Positions 1-13,166 of a stretch of DNA of 64,000 nucleotides are shown in pieces. Origin of the DNA: Basidiobolus meristosporus CBS 931.73 (taxonomy: Eukaryota > Fungi > Basidiobolomycota). How positions within the stretch are numbered: the first letter of the stretch is position 1; each line of letters opens with the position of its first letter. The stretch spans positions 124,001-188,000 of the forward strand of contig MCFE01000030.1 of NCBI GenBank assembly GCA_002104905.1. Reading direction: 5' to 3'. The translations under genes were made by a program, and so were the position numbers. The notes below the pieces were generated by a model. It saw only the letters and a program-made list of their open reading frames with translations. It ran no database searches and was not told where the DNA came from.

Positions 1-1345
1 GAGAGATGTCAGGTAGCTGAAAGTGGGCCTGTAAGGAAATAGCAGGCAGGCACAGATGAACCAGCACAACATTTATCAAGAAAAAAGCATAGTTCCACTC
101 AAGAAGCTCTCAGTCAAAGTAGCAGTGAAGTAACTGGCAGTGACAAAAGCCAGTGGCTACATCAGGAGCCCATCACAGCATGGGCTGAGAGCTCAAGACA
201 TGCGGGAAAGATGTATCAGGTTGCCCTCAGAGTGCCAGCAAGGGACAAGCAAGCCAAAACAGATGCATCAGAGCTGCATTCATCAAGCAGAAAAATAGCA
301 CCAGACAAGAGGCACTCAGACAAAGTAGTAGTGAAAGACCTGGCAGTGATGAAGGAAAAGGTAAAGGGAAAAAAGTCTTCCCAAGCCAGAGACTGGAAAG
401 TATTAGAAAAAAGCTGCAGTTCTTGCAGTTAAAGCAGTAAGCCTGGAACTGACTGAATCCTGTCATATCTAAGAAGAATTATTAACAAGAAAACAGCTGC
501 TTTTAAAAGAGTTGGAAGTGCTGCTAGTTAAGCACCACTCCAGTGAGGTGGATGAGTTTTCAGAGAAAGGTAATTTATTTATCACAGCCACCATATCCTC
601 AATTGTATACAGAGTGGAGATCTCACTGACAGACAAAGCAACAATGTCATGAGCTCAGAATACTATCACAATGCCTACAGTGGAATTCTGGGACATTAAT
701 AGGCACACCTAGTGGTTGCAATGCTTCTTCAAGAGCAGTGCTTAAGAAAACACACATGAGTATTGCAAGGATTTATTGCAACAACTGGCAAATGAGGTTT
801 TAGATCTTGCAGTCCTGGCAAAAGACCAGGATGAATGGGAACCAGTGATTGAACAGTTGCATAAAGCTGTTGGGTTCCCACCAAAGTCAGGCAACAGATC
901 ATTACAGCAGAAATACATATTGGGTGGTGGATTTTAATGCAGTTACTTGTTGAGTGTGGGGTTGAGCTTAATGTTAGTGTTGGAGATGTGGACTTGTAGA
1001 GGTTAATAAAATTGACAATTGAGATAAAAGTAAAGTCTTAATGGAAATAAATCAATCTGCATGCATGAAAAGTAAGAGAAACTGTTAAGTCAGGAAGAGG
1101 CAATAGCCAATAAATGCACGCAAATGTAGGAGGTGACTGAATGTCTACAATATGATAGAGAGAAAATTGGCAGAGAGCCAATCAGAGCCACCTATGTATT
1201 GTTGTGATGCCAAATTTTGCCCAAGTATTGTGTGAAATATGGGGTGCAAGTATTTTTTTATGGTCTTTGCACAGTGTCCTGATGGGATCAATACCTGCAG
1301 TCACAGGACTTTAAGTCTGTGATGCTCTTTTGACAAGAACATCAC
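1..1345 (+). mobile_element. Right-hand part (ORF2 remnant plus subterminal region) of the CCC-type CACTA family; truncated by window start
   Basis: Co-linear by eye with ~46,400-47,900 of the full-length copy (e.g. 'cagtggaattctgggacattaataggcacacc' vs 'cagtggaattttggaacattaataggcacacc'). ORFs are broken and the terminal TIR is degraded. Confidence 0.75.
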
Positions 1346-1475
1346 AATAACTTAGCATTGGGTAGATGCTTTGTAGAGGTACACACTCTCAGGAGGCAAG
1401 AAGAAAGGACTTTGCTTTAATTGTTGCTGGCAAGGGAATATCTCCAAGTACTGCCCTCAGAGAAGAAATGGGCAC

Positions 1476-2545
1476 TGTGGTGGTGTATAAGTCCAAGGAA
1501 GAGATACTTCCAACACTTCTCAAGTGTTTTGTGTGTGGGGTGTTCACTGGGTGCAATAACCTCTGGCAAAAGCTTGCTAGGAATACTTGGGTTCTGTCTC
1601 TAATCTAATGTGAAGGGGAATAAAGCCACAAGCTTGTCAAGGGAAAACTATTGAGCTACAATCCCCAACTTAGTTGGCATCTTAACAAAAGTATGTGCTG
1701 GGTTCAGCGTCCTTTGAGATGACAATGTACTAAAGCTTCCAAAGTCAAAACAACTGTAAACTCCACCAGCAGGGACTTGATAAGAATGCAGCTGAGGTCA
1801 ATAGTTACAAAGACAGAAAAGTATCTTTGCCTGTACAAGAACAAACTTGGGAAAGAATCAAATATAATAAAAGATACCTACTCTGAGTATTCCTCACAAG
1901 TAGTGCCTCCAAGGTCAGTTGGCTGTCAGCATGGTTTCCTGGGAGTGTCCAGTGGTCTAGGGTTGGAAGTTCAGGTAGCAGCAGGTAGCAGTGATCATAC
2001 TAATCAACAAGTTGGTATATTGATAAAAGGGATGATGATTTATTGTTGAGGGATAGCCTCCCTTATATACTTTTCTTACTGGCTAAGTGATCACTAATCA
2101 TGGTGTTCCAGAAGGTACCGGTTATAAATAGAAATCTTAATGACATCAGAATGACCTAAGAATGTTCTAAGTAGGTGCTGGAAGGTTCTAAGAGGCACAG
2201 CACATCCAACCAATCAGGAATCAGTATTCTGAAACCTGTGTAACATGGGGATACCATATATGGTATGGAAATGCTAGGGATGGTGACACAGGTTGATCAT
2301 GTGTTGTGGGTATTGGCGCGGGTACTTGCCTAATATAGAAGCACTTATAGCTAGTAATCTTACATAAAGTAAGGGGTAACTTATGCAATAAGGTAAGCAG
2401 GTGTGATAGTCAACCGGCTTATGGGATAGTACTGGTTGGGTAAGACAAATGGGATAAAACTAAAAAAGTGTAGTAGAGATGTAGGGAAGTAGAAAATAAG
2501 GGAATGAGCACATCTGTCAGTGGGTGTCACTGTCACCCCACTACA
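1476..2545 (-). mobile_element. Solo LTR, ~1.07-kb family (TGTAGTGGGG...CACCACCACA)
   Basis: Reverse complement of 13167-14237 with TG...CA ends. Flanked by GCAC (1472-1475) and GCGC (2546-2549), read as a 4-bp TSD with one CpG-decay change. Confidence 0.85.
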
Positions 2546-2559
2546 GCGCTAGTTAATAT

Positions 2560-3810
2560 GAACTTCAATTAAGCTGAATCTTGTAAGCATAGAAAGTATA
2601 TTTGACTTTGTACTTGGAAAGACCTGGCTATTTTGTTGTTCTCCATCAATCAACTGGAGATAGCCATCCAGTGGACAAGTCACCTTTCAGAATGAGTCCA
2701 TTAGAATTGAAAAAGGTGAAAAGAGATATACATCGGTAATTGGAGCAAGGATATATCAGACCCAGCAAGCTACCTTGGGGAGCACCAGTGCTTTTGGTGC
2801 AAAAGAATGATGAAACACTTTAGATGTGCATTGAATACAGGGCCTTAAATGTAGCTACCATCAAGAATAAGTACTCCATACCTTAAACTGATGAGCATAT
2901 GGACCAATTCAACAGAGCCGCTATATTCTACAAGATTGACCTCATATCAGGATACAACTAGGTTAGGATGAAACCAGAAGACATCCCTGTGACAACATTC
3001 AGGACCAGATATGGATATTTCAAGTTCTTACTCATTTAATTTTGGTCTCACCTATGCCCTTGCAACATTCATCACCTTAATGCAAACCTTCTTCCTGCAG
3101 TCATTAGACAAGTTTGTAGTAATTTACCTAGATGTCATATTGATATACAGCAACAAAGAAGAGGACTACTTAGTGCACATTAAAAAGATCTTGCAGAAGG
3201 TAAGAGTGAGCAAGCTATATGGTAAGCTAGCACAGTATGAATTCTTGAAGGAACACTTTGAGTATCTGGGACACATAGTTATTAGTACAGGTGTGACCTT
3301 AGACCCCAAGAATGCTGAAGTCATCATGAATCTGAAACAGCTGCATAGTACATCAGAACTCTGATCATTCCTTGGACAGGTGTCATATTGATGTGTTACA
3401 AGTCTTAGTAAAAGAGTTGTAGAGTGTTAGGGAGCTTAGCTAGTATAGTATTCACTAACACTTGAACTGATCTTTATTGAGATTCCAACAGCTCCTTATA
3501 TACATTTTGCCAGATCAACTGCTGACTAATTGTATTTCCTAATGTAGGCTGTGGCTGATGATTCATTTGATTGCATTATCATCACTATATAAGATCCTAC
3601 CTAGTTTATCTATTTCTGTCTGATAAGGATCTGCTGATTTATTTGCTGACTAATGCTATTAATTTGATAGATAATACTAATATACTAATAACCTAAACAT
3701 AAAACTAATTAATTTGACTAAAAACTGATCTAACTTAAACATTCAAGTGGCAGCTCATAACAGATTAAGATTTGTTAAGTCCTTTGCAGGAGTTACAGTC
3801 CCTCTGACTC
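2560..3810 (+). mobile_element. Ty3/Gypsy pol fragment (reverse transcriptase to start of RNase H region), pseudogenised
   Basis: Broken frames give PWGAPVL...ALN...IKNKY, FVVIYLDVILIYS (YxDD region), EYLGH and RFVKSFAG. Interrupted by a solo LTR at 3394-3762. Confidence 0.85.
3394..3762 (-). mobile_element. Solo LTR (~370 bp) of the Gypsy family at 3810-6610, inserted into the RT fragment
   Basis: TGTTACA...CATAACA ends. Matches the 5'-LTR remnant at ~6520-6610 and fragments at 6830-7013 and 8160-8395. The host RT frame resumes immediately after it. Confidence 0.7.
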
Positions 3811-6610
3811 TGCATGCAAAGAGTGCTTGGTCTATATACTCTTCCCGTATACCGACAACTCTATTTGCATACTTGATCAGCATTTTTCCAAATAATCCAT
3901 TAAACTGTTCAGTGACTCCATTAGTCCTGGGGTGACATGCCAAGGTTTTCAAGTGTTTGATCTGCTGCATTTCCAGGTAAGCTTCCAATGTCTTTGCTAC
4001 AAAGTTTGCACCTCTATTGAATAGAATCTCTACAGGGCATCCAAACTTCATAAGGATCTCATGGTAGATGAAACTTGCAACTTTGTGTTCACTGGTTATA
4101 GGTACAGCTTTAGTCACTGGCCATTTGGTGACATGTTCAATTGCTACTAGGATCTAATGGTTGCATTTCCTGGTAGTTGGCAGTCTTCCAATAAAGTCAA
4201 TTCCCCATCTTTCAAATGGTCTAACAGGCTCCAAGGGAAAGGGCTCAGCAATTCTCTGTGGTTGGCCTTGGTTGATTTGGCAATTTGGGCATGTTTTCAC
4301 TAGCTTCCTAGTGTCTTGTTTCATTCTGGGCCACCATGCTCTGGCTTTCACAAGGCTATAGGTTCCTTCAATTCTGAGATGTCCATATCCATTGTGTAGC
4401 TTATGTATTAAATCCAGGCAAGAAACATAAGGGCAATAGGCAATAGGGCTCCCATCAATAATTTGGTAGAGTGTTTCATCCTGTACTACCAATTAGCTGG
4501 CTTCATCCCTGATTATCTTCTTGATATCTTCATCTATCTCTTTAGGACTGGCTTGGTCCTCCAAGTACTTTGGTAATAGGCTAGGCCAATCTGATTCATG
4601 CACCAAGTTGAATTGTGCAACTTGATCTAATCTTGATAAGATGTTAGCAATTGTGTTGTTTTTTCCAGGGCAGTAGACAATCTCCAAGTCAAATTGCTGA
4701 ATGTACTCACTTCATCTTGTCATTCTTCTAGAGAGTACCTTCTGAGTAAATATATACATGAGGGAGGCATAATTAGTCTTCACAGTGCATTTGCCTCCTT
4801 TAATACAGCATCTCCATGTCTTCAAACAGTGTATTATAGCAAGCATCTCCTTCTCATGCACTGGATAGTTTTGTTCTGCTGAGTTCAGCTTCTTAAATTC
4901 AAAGGCATCAGGGTAGTTCTTACCCTTGTGTTCTTGGCTCAACACTCCACCAATTGCATAATCTGAAGCATCTGTGCACAGAGTAAACTCTTTTCTGAAG
5001 TCAGGTATTCTTAAGCTTGGCTGCTTAGCAAGTTCATTCTTGAGCATCTGGAAGGCAGTCTCACAAGCTATGTCCCACTTGTTAGTATTGTCTTTCTTGA
5101 GGATATCAGTTATAGGGGCTGCGATACTTGCAAAGGACTTGACAAATCTCCAATAATTGGAAACCATTCCAAGGAATGATCTGAGCTCCAATATGCTATG
5201 GGGCTGCTTTGGATTCTTGATAACCTCAACATTCTTAGGGTCTAAGGTACTCCTGTGCTAGTAACTATGTGTCCCAGATATTCAACATGTTGCTTGAAGA
5301 ATTCACACTTGGGTTACTTGCCATAAAGCTTGTTCTCTCTTAGCTTCTTCAAGACCTCTTCTGTCCTGCTGTAAATCAGTATATCATCCAGGTAGATTAT
5401 GATAAACTTGTCTAAGTACTCTTGGAATGTACTCCTGCAATGCTCCTGAGTCAATCTTGATTTTGGCAGGTACTCCTTTGATTACTCCATTGAAGTATAA
5501 TAGCTTTCCTGAGTTTGAGGTCATCTGGGATAAGTATTCTTCTATCATATGGAAGTTGAGTTCTGCGTCTTCTTCAAGTTCATCCTCCATGTTACTAGCT
5601 CCATGGTCTCAATATGGTTAAAGGTTCTTGATGGCTGGTGTCCATTTCTTCTCTGAGGGCAGTACTTTGCAATATGTCCCTGCTGGTGGCAATTGAGAAA
5701 AAGCCCTTTCTTCTTACATTCTTCTGAGGTAGGACTCTTCTGCATAGCATCTATTGGCATTGGCACCGCTTCTGATTGTCTTCTTTCATAGTGATTGTAG
5801 CCTCTCTGATTAGTCATTGTGGGCTTCCCAACTCCAAACATAGCTGAGTCATTGTCAATGGCAATCTTGATGGCTTCTTCAATAGTCTGAGGTCTTCAAT
5901 AATTCACTTCCTTACAAGGTCTTTCTTTCAACCCATCAATAAAGTATTCAACTTGATCAAGAGGGTTCATTCTTTCAATTTGCCCAAGTAGACATCTATA
6001 TTCATAGATGTACTCTTGGGCCATTCCTTTCTGTCTGAGTATCTTCAACTTTCTTCTTAGTAGTGTCTGTTGGTGTGTAGGCTCAATGGCATCCTGAGTT
6101 TCCAACACAAACTCATCTCAGGTAGAGATTGTAAAGCATCCCATCATGGTGGCTGATCTGATCTTGTTGTGGTACCACTGTAAAGCGGCATCTGCCAGGT
6201 AAGAGGCTGCATAATATAACTTGCCTTCTGGAGCAATTCCCTTAGCCTTGAAAGCTTCTTCTATCTGGAAGAGCCAAGTTCCCAGGTTTTCATTGACTCT
6301 ACCATGGTACTGGTTGACCTTGACACTAAAGTTGCTCTTGACATGGCTTTGCTGGCTTTGGGCCATGGTAGTCATTCCTTGTTGCTGTTGGCTAAGGATC
6401 TGGAGTAACTGTTGCTGCTGGGCCAAGATTTGTTGCATAGCATTCTTCCATTCTTATGGACATCTTGAGGGAGGCTTCTTCTTTCTTCAGGAAGGATGTT
6501 TCTGGTCATTGCTGCTACCTATATTACAAGTCTTGGTATACAAGTTGTAGAGGAATAGAGAGTTTAGCTAGTATTGTATTCACTAAAACTTGAACTGATC
6601 TTTATTGTGA
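3810..6610 (-). mobile_element. Ty3/Gypsy element: partial 5' LTR, gag (CCHC knuckle), protease, large RT deletion, RNase H, integrase (3'-truncated)
   Basis: ORF track: gag WLFQIEEAF, CHQQGHIAKYC knuckle, protease KIKIDSGA fused directly to YLDDILIY, RNase H CTDASDYAIGGVL, integrase H...H/CPNC and WGIDFIG, HPRTNGVTEQFN. Confidence 0.9.
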
Positions 6611-6829
6611 TAACTGATAATGCCTCACTCAAGTATGTATTTATTAGTTATAATCCACTGCTTGAATATTTAAGATAGATTGGTTTTTAGTCATATCAAT
6701 TAGTTTTATGCTCAGCCTAGCGGTACATCAATGTTATCTATCAAGTTGGTAGTATTTGTCAGCAGAAAAATTAACTTATCCTTATTAGATAGATATACAT
6801 ATATCAAATAGGATCTATTTGGGTGAAGA

Positions 6830-7013
6830 TGATGCAATCAAATGAGTCATCAGCCACAACCCACATTATAAGATACAATTAGCCAGCAATTGATCTGGTA
6901 AAATTTATAAAAGGTGCTGCTGGAGCCTCAACAAAACTCAGTCCAGGTTTTAGTGAATGTAATACTTGCTAAACTCCCTGTTCCTATACTACTCTAACAT
7001 CAAGACGTGTTAC
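6830..7013 (+). repeat. Fragment of the ~370-bp Gypsy LTR
   Basis: Reverse-complement similarity to 3394-3580; ends ...aagacgtgttaca. Confidence 0.6.
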
Positions 7014-7520
7014 ACACCAAGAGGTTGCAGCACCTTTCAAGAGCAGTGGTTAAGAAAGGGCATCTGGATATTTTAATATATACGGGCAGATGAAGTGCTA
7101 GAGATTGTAATACCTGTAAAAGATCAGTATGTATGGGAACCAGTGGATTAGAAATAGTGTTAAGACACAGGGTTCCTGCTCAAGTGTAGGGTAGAGGGTG
7201 TTAGCACAGAAACACTAGTTTAATGGTGTCCTTACAGGGGTCACTTGCTAAGTGTAGGGTTAGGCTCAATACTTGTTTTGGATATAAGGACTTATAGAGG
7301 TCTATACAGCTGGCAATTTAGCTACAACTGAAGATTCAGTGCAATAGTCCAGTTTCTTGCCTAAAAGGTAACACCACAGTTGAGTCAGGAAGGGAGCAGT
7401 GTGAAAAGGAGGCATTAGTCAATCTCTGAACATAAAATAGGTGGTAAATGAGTGCTTGGGATCAGAAAGTGACAGAAGTGGCAGAGAACCTTTCAGAAGC
7501 CCTTTTATTTGATTGTGATT
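7014..7520 (+). mobile_element. CACTA right-arm fragment
   Basis: Begins 'caccaagaggttgcagcacc', as at ~47157, and follows the 47,150-47,800 segment. Confidence 0.6.
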
Positions 7521-8159
7521 TGAAATTTTACATGGTGTCCTACTGACATCAGTACCTCTTATTCATAATATTTGAATTGTATGATGGCCTTGCAACAGGA
7601 GTATTAATATATATTGCTCACAGGTGTGGTAGCTGCACAAATGTAACAAGTTTTAATATTAGATGTGACTTATTGGTGTCTGAAAGCTAACTTTGCTCCA
7701 AGCTGTAATCTTTGTGAGTTTGAGAGGAATAGGTAGTTTTGCTAGTATAACATTGACTAATACTTGATCCTTTTCCACAAGAAGAAAAGCTAAGAAAAGA
7801 CCAGCAGAATATCAGCATTGTAGCATCTGAAGTCCATGATTCTCAAAACTGACAATTCTCAGTATCCCAGAAACTTGGTATTGGAAAGAAAGCATACCTG
7901 CTTTCCAACATGATACTGGGCTAACTCACATTAACACCCAACTTGGTAATTAGCTGCCTACTACTTATATCAAACATTGCAATCAATAATCTAAGCAAAT
8001 ATACTAGCTAAGTACCTGTAAACTACAATAGGAACAGTATTACAATACTAGCTGAGAGTCAGATGATTTCAAGTCTGGGATTTTTCACTGCTGTTTTTAT
8101 TAATATATCAATAGCTGTTTATATATATATGTTGGATTAAGTGTTGACTAATTCAAATG

Positions 8160-8395
8160 TATACTGTAGGCTGTTGCTAATGACTCATTTGATTGCTTCA
8201 TTACCTTATAGGCTACACTTGGTATATCTATTTCTGTCCTATAAGGATCAGCATATTCATGTAATGACTAATACTGCTGATTTTATGTATAACTCTAATA
8301 TACTGTTAAGCTAAACACAGATATTGATTTCCTGGACAAACAGCTGCTCTAACTTGAGCACAGCAGCAATGATCATAACATCAGTGACATCCTTA
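8160..8395 (-). repeat. Fragment of the ~370-bp Gypsy LTR
   Basis: Direct similarity to 3543-3762 ('taggctgttgctaatgactcatttgattgc', end 'cataaca'). Confidence 0.6.
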
Positions 8396-9275
8396 ATAGT
8401 CTATCATAAGCTTGGCTGAAAGCGCTAAAAAGTAGCCAAGAAATATTGTATAGCTCAACAAGTGGCAATTTGACTCAGGAAGGGAGATAACATGGCAACA
8501 ATGTAGTATTAATCAAGGAAAAAATGTATTCAATACAAGAAGAACTGAGTTGTGGGAGCAGTGAAGGACCTGGCAAAAGTAAGGGTACAGGGAATAGAAA
8601 AGGTGATAATAGTCTATTGCTGCAGGTTATAGCAAAGTATGCAAAAGAACTCTAGTGCTAAGCAGTCTACATCAGTAACTGGGAATAGCTTGAGTCTCAC
8701 AATAGCAAAGCTGAGTCACTAAGAAAACAAGAATTGAGCTCACAACAGCTAATCTGCAGCCAGATGAGATACACTAGCAAGGTAAATAAATTTACCAAGG
8801 GTGGCACTCTAAATCTTGTAGTCCCCACATACTTTGTTTTAGACAAAGCAGATCTGCCAATAATAAGCAAAGGAGTAATCTGAGGAAGTCAGAGGACTAT
8901 CCATTTATCCCGAGTGGAATTTTGGAGCATAGATACATACATTTCAACCAATTAGTAAGCAATGTTATGAAGCTGAAGGGTTCCCACCAAAGTCAGGGAC
9001 ATGGGAGATAATGGCAGAGCCACTTATCAAGTAGTAGCTTTCAATGCAATAACTTGTTAGGTATTTGGTTTAACTAGGTGTAAGTGTTGCTTGTATTGAT
9101 TTGCTAGCATACATACAGTATGTAGTTGGGCTACATGTGAAGGGCTTCCCCAGGACTTGGCAAGGAAAGTTGACCTACATGCAGCCAAGGATGACAAGTC
9201 TGGCAATCCTTCTTTGCAAAGATAAAATGTGTTCTCCTAGAGGCAAAGCAAACTTCCACCTTTAAGAGACTCCTA

Positions 9276-12200
9276 ATGTCTAATCTGCCAGACCAGTCAG
9301 CCAAGGAGCTAAGGAGTTTTGTTGCTGACAATCAGACCTACACTACCAACAGAATTAGCCAACATCCGGAACAGCTACAAAAGCTAGCCCTCAAGGTTAA
9401 TTGCCCATGCAAGGTAGCTACTGAAGGCCAAAGACCTTTGCCCAGACACTGCATCTGGTGTGACTCTACTCAACATGCCAGATAAGAATGCTCAGCGCTT
9501 AGTCAGCAACTCAGAGAAGGAGCAGTACAGTTCGATGCTGATGGAATGCTTGCTGACAAGGAAGGAAGAGGGATTCCTACTAATTTCCAAAGAGGAGGGA
9601 TGAGAGCCCTTTTCCAGAAATCTGACTCAGTAACCAGAAAGATTACTGCTGATGCCCTTATTGGGACTCATACAGTGAATCCAAGCAGCCCTGACAACAG
9701 ACAATACAAAGTAGATGCCTTTGCTACCAAAAGTCACCTCCCTGAAGAATCTGCCAGACTCATCCTTACAAGATCACAACATGAAGAGCCTGAGGTGATC
9801 ATTGACAAGAGGCCTGGCATACTGCACACCCAAAACCCATTTCCTCACATTCAGATGACCTCAACAATAGCAAGCTACTCAAGCCCTCAACTGATTACTG
9901 AGAAGCTGTTGAAGCAGAACCTCACTTTGTTGGTTGGAGAAATCATGAGTGTATCTCCATCTATTAGGAAGACCTTTGATGAGCAGCTTAGAACATGACA
10001 ACAAGCCATTGAACATATGGACACCCATCAAATTCAGACAAGCCATGAAGACCATCAAAAGGATGATGGCACTACTGAATATAAGATCTTTTACTCAGTT
10101 GCAACTGCTGTAGTGAAAGGATATTTATATGATGACCCTGTTGACTGCCATATTGACAGTGGTTCAGAGATTTGTGTTATGCTGCTAGACTTCTGGAAGT
10201 CACTCAGAAGCAAGGAGCTACTGCCTGTTGATAGGGATATTGAATGGAACATGACTGATGCAAGCTCAGGATCAAGTCCATGCTATGGTGTAGTGCACAA
10301 GTTCCCTATTGAGGTCCAAGGAATCAAGGTCCTGCATCCCTGCTTCATCTGCCAGAAGGCAAACTTTGACCTTCTGGTAGGTAGACCATGGGAAACCAGT
10401 ACCACAGCTACAACTACCAACTATTCCAATGGGTCAGTATGATACACCATACAAGGATCCAACCCAGGACTATAGTCAACCTTCAGTGGTGTAACACCCA
10501 ACAATAAGAGGACCCATACTGCTTGCCAGAAGACACATCTTGTTATAGAAGAAGATGAGGAGCCTAACAATATACACCCCAACATTTGGAGCTGCTTGTT
10601 AGGTATACAGGAGCAGACAGCTATGGTTTGAACAAAATACAAGACAATAGAACAGAAGATTAGACCATCACTTACACCTTTGACTGATGGATCTTGACCT
10701 GCTGATTACATTAGACCACCAGAAGAAACACCAGAGGATATACAACTTACACCTGAGAGACTTAAGCAACTCTTCATTGGTGATGGAAACCTAACACCAG
10801 AGGAGATACAATTATTTGAAGAAACCTTGAAGAGGCATAATAAGGTCTTCTCATATAATGACAAGGAGATGGGACTCTTAATGACATTGGTTGAAAAACC
10901 TATCAAGATTCATACAGTGCCCCACACACCCTGGTCATTTAAGCCTTACCCACTGCCCAGAGGACTCCAACTGATGTGCATGACCTACTTAAGAAGAAGA
11001 TAGAAGCTGGTATCCTACAACCTTGCAATGGACCTTATGCTAACAGATGGTTTGTGACCAAAAAGAAGAATGGAAAGCTCCAATTCATTGAAGACATGCA
11101 ACCTGCAAATGCTGTCACTATCAGAGATGCTGCTATACCTCCATCTATTGGTGACTTTGCAGAAAGCTTTAGTAGCTACTCCATCTACTCAACATACAAT
11201 CTCTACTCAGGGTATGACCAGATCCCCCTTGATGAGCCATCAAGATATATGTTTGCACTACAGACACCATTTGGACTGTTAAGGGTGACAAGACTCAGCC
11301 AAGGAGCTACAAACTCCATGGCTCAGTTCCAGAGATGCATGGTGAATGTGCTGTACCAGTTCATACCTGAGAAACGTGCTGCCTTTGCTGATGACATAGG
11401 CATCAAAGGATCAAAAATCCAGGACACCACTGAAGTTATGCCTGGAGTAAAAAAGTGTGTCTATGACCATATCTCAGACAATGATGCCATATTAGGAGCC
11501 ATTGAAGAAGCTGGACTCACCATCAGTGGTGAGAAAAGCAGCTTTGGTGTATCAGAGATATCCATTGTTAAACAAAAATGCAACACCTTTGGTCATTCAC
11601 CTGGAGACTCCAAGACACAAAAGATACGCAACTGGCCTACCCCCCACAAATCTAACACAAGCTTGTGGCTTTGTGGCAGCTTGTGGGTTCTTTAGGATCT
11701 AGATCCCAAGATTTTTTGAGATAGCAGAATCAATCTACCAACTACAGAGAAAGAATACCCCATTTATCTGGGGAGAAGAGCAAGAAGAAGCCATGCAATT
11801 ACTGAGAGAGGCCTTAGTATCTCCAACAGTTCTAAGACCTCTTGACTATCAGAACACTGAATGCCCACCTATTTTGACAGTGGATGCAAGCCCTATAGGA
11901 GCTGGAGCACTACTTGGCCAAGATGATGAAGATTGCAACCACTATGCCTGCAGATATGAGAGCTGCCTATTAACTCCTAGAGAACAAAGATACTCACAGA
12001 TTAAGAGAGAGATACTAGGAGTTGTGAAGATGCTGAGGAAGCTGAAGTCATGACACATTTCATCCTGGAGACAGATGCCAAGCCACTTATAGGAATGATT
12101 AACAAGCCTGACCTACCTGAGGATGCCACAAACCAATGGATGGCATGGCTGAAAATGCTTGACTTTGAGGTCAGACATATCCCTGGCAAGACAAATGTTG

Positions 12201-12785
12201 TGGCTGATGCACTGTCCAGGAAGGGACCACCATTATTTGAAGACTTGGACCCTCACTTTGATGATATCATTGATGCAGATATCCAACAGGTTGCCATCAA
12301 AGACCAAGAGAGAACTACCTGGAGTCTGATCGAAGAGTATCTAAGGACACTCAAGAAACCTAGTTGGATGGAAATTCAGGAGTTTAGAAAACTCAGAAAG
12401 AAGGCACGCCTCTACTATCTCAAAGATGATCTCCTCTTTAAACAAGTGAAGCCTGGACTTATGCCAAGAAGAGTAGTCACTACCCCACAAGAGCAGCTGA
12501 GTATCATGACAAGTATCCACCAAGGAGAACCAGGATGACATAGAGGACAAGAAGCCACCTACAACACCACAGCCCAGAGGTACTATTGGGAAAACATGTA
12601 CTACCATATCTAACACTGTGTTGAGTCATGTGCAACCTGCCAGAAGAGATCCTCTAAGCATTATGAAGAACCACTGCATCCTACTTACACAATCTGTTTA
12701 TGGCAAAAGGTTGGTATTGACCTTGTCCACATGCCAACAGCTGGATCAAAGAAGTACTTGATTGTTGCTAGAGATGACCTTAGTG
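9276..12785 (+). mobile_element. Second Ty3/Gypsy family: gag-pol pseudogene (zinc knuckle, protease, RT, RNase H, integrase N-terminus)
   Basis: CIWCDSTQHAR knuckle, HIDSGSEIC protease, GPYANRWFVTKKKNG and FADDIGIKG RT motifs, LTVDASPIGAGA RNase H, HIPGKTNVVADALSR, integrase HHCC start. Frameshifts and stops throughout; no LTR recognised. Confidence 0.9.
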
Positions 12786-12877
12786 GAACTTGGTCAGTAT
12801 TGCCTAAGATTTGAAGTTAATGATATAAGTGACTAAGTAAGGTGAATTTTTAGGTGGATTTACAAGTTTTTACAACA
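12785..12877 (-). repeat. Copia LTR fragment
   Basis: Matches the 16,220-16,311 end of the Copia LTR (...ttttacaaca). Confidence 0.7.
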
Positions 12878-13166
12878 CATGGGACATTTCAAGCTAGATG
12901 AGCCCTTTGAGATACTGGAAAATTTGAAAGAATTGGCAAGATATTACAAGGTATCTGCTACCCTAAGTACTTCTCATGGGCTCCAATCAACATTCATACA
13001 CATATGCAACAATACAAGTGCAAGGACTGGATGAACTGGATATGTATTTATTTGAGTGACCTTCTGAAGCCATTTCTACCAAGAGTACATTGGAACCATT
13101 GGGATTCATACGTGAACATTTTTGGAATATTTATCCAGAAGCAGATTACCAATGCTGACTTGACGC

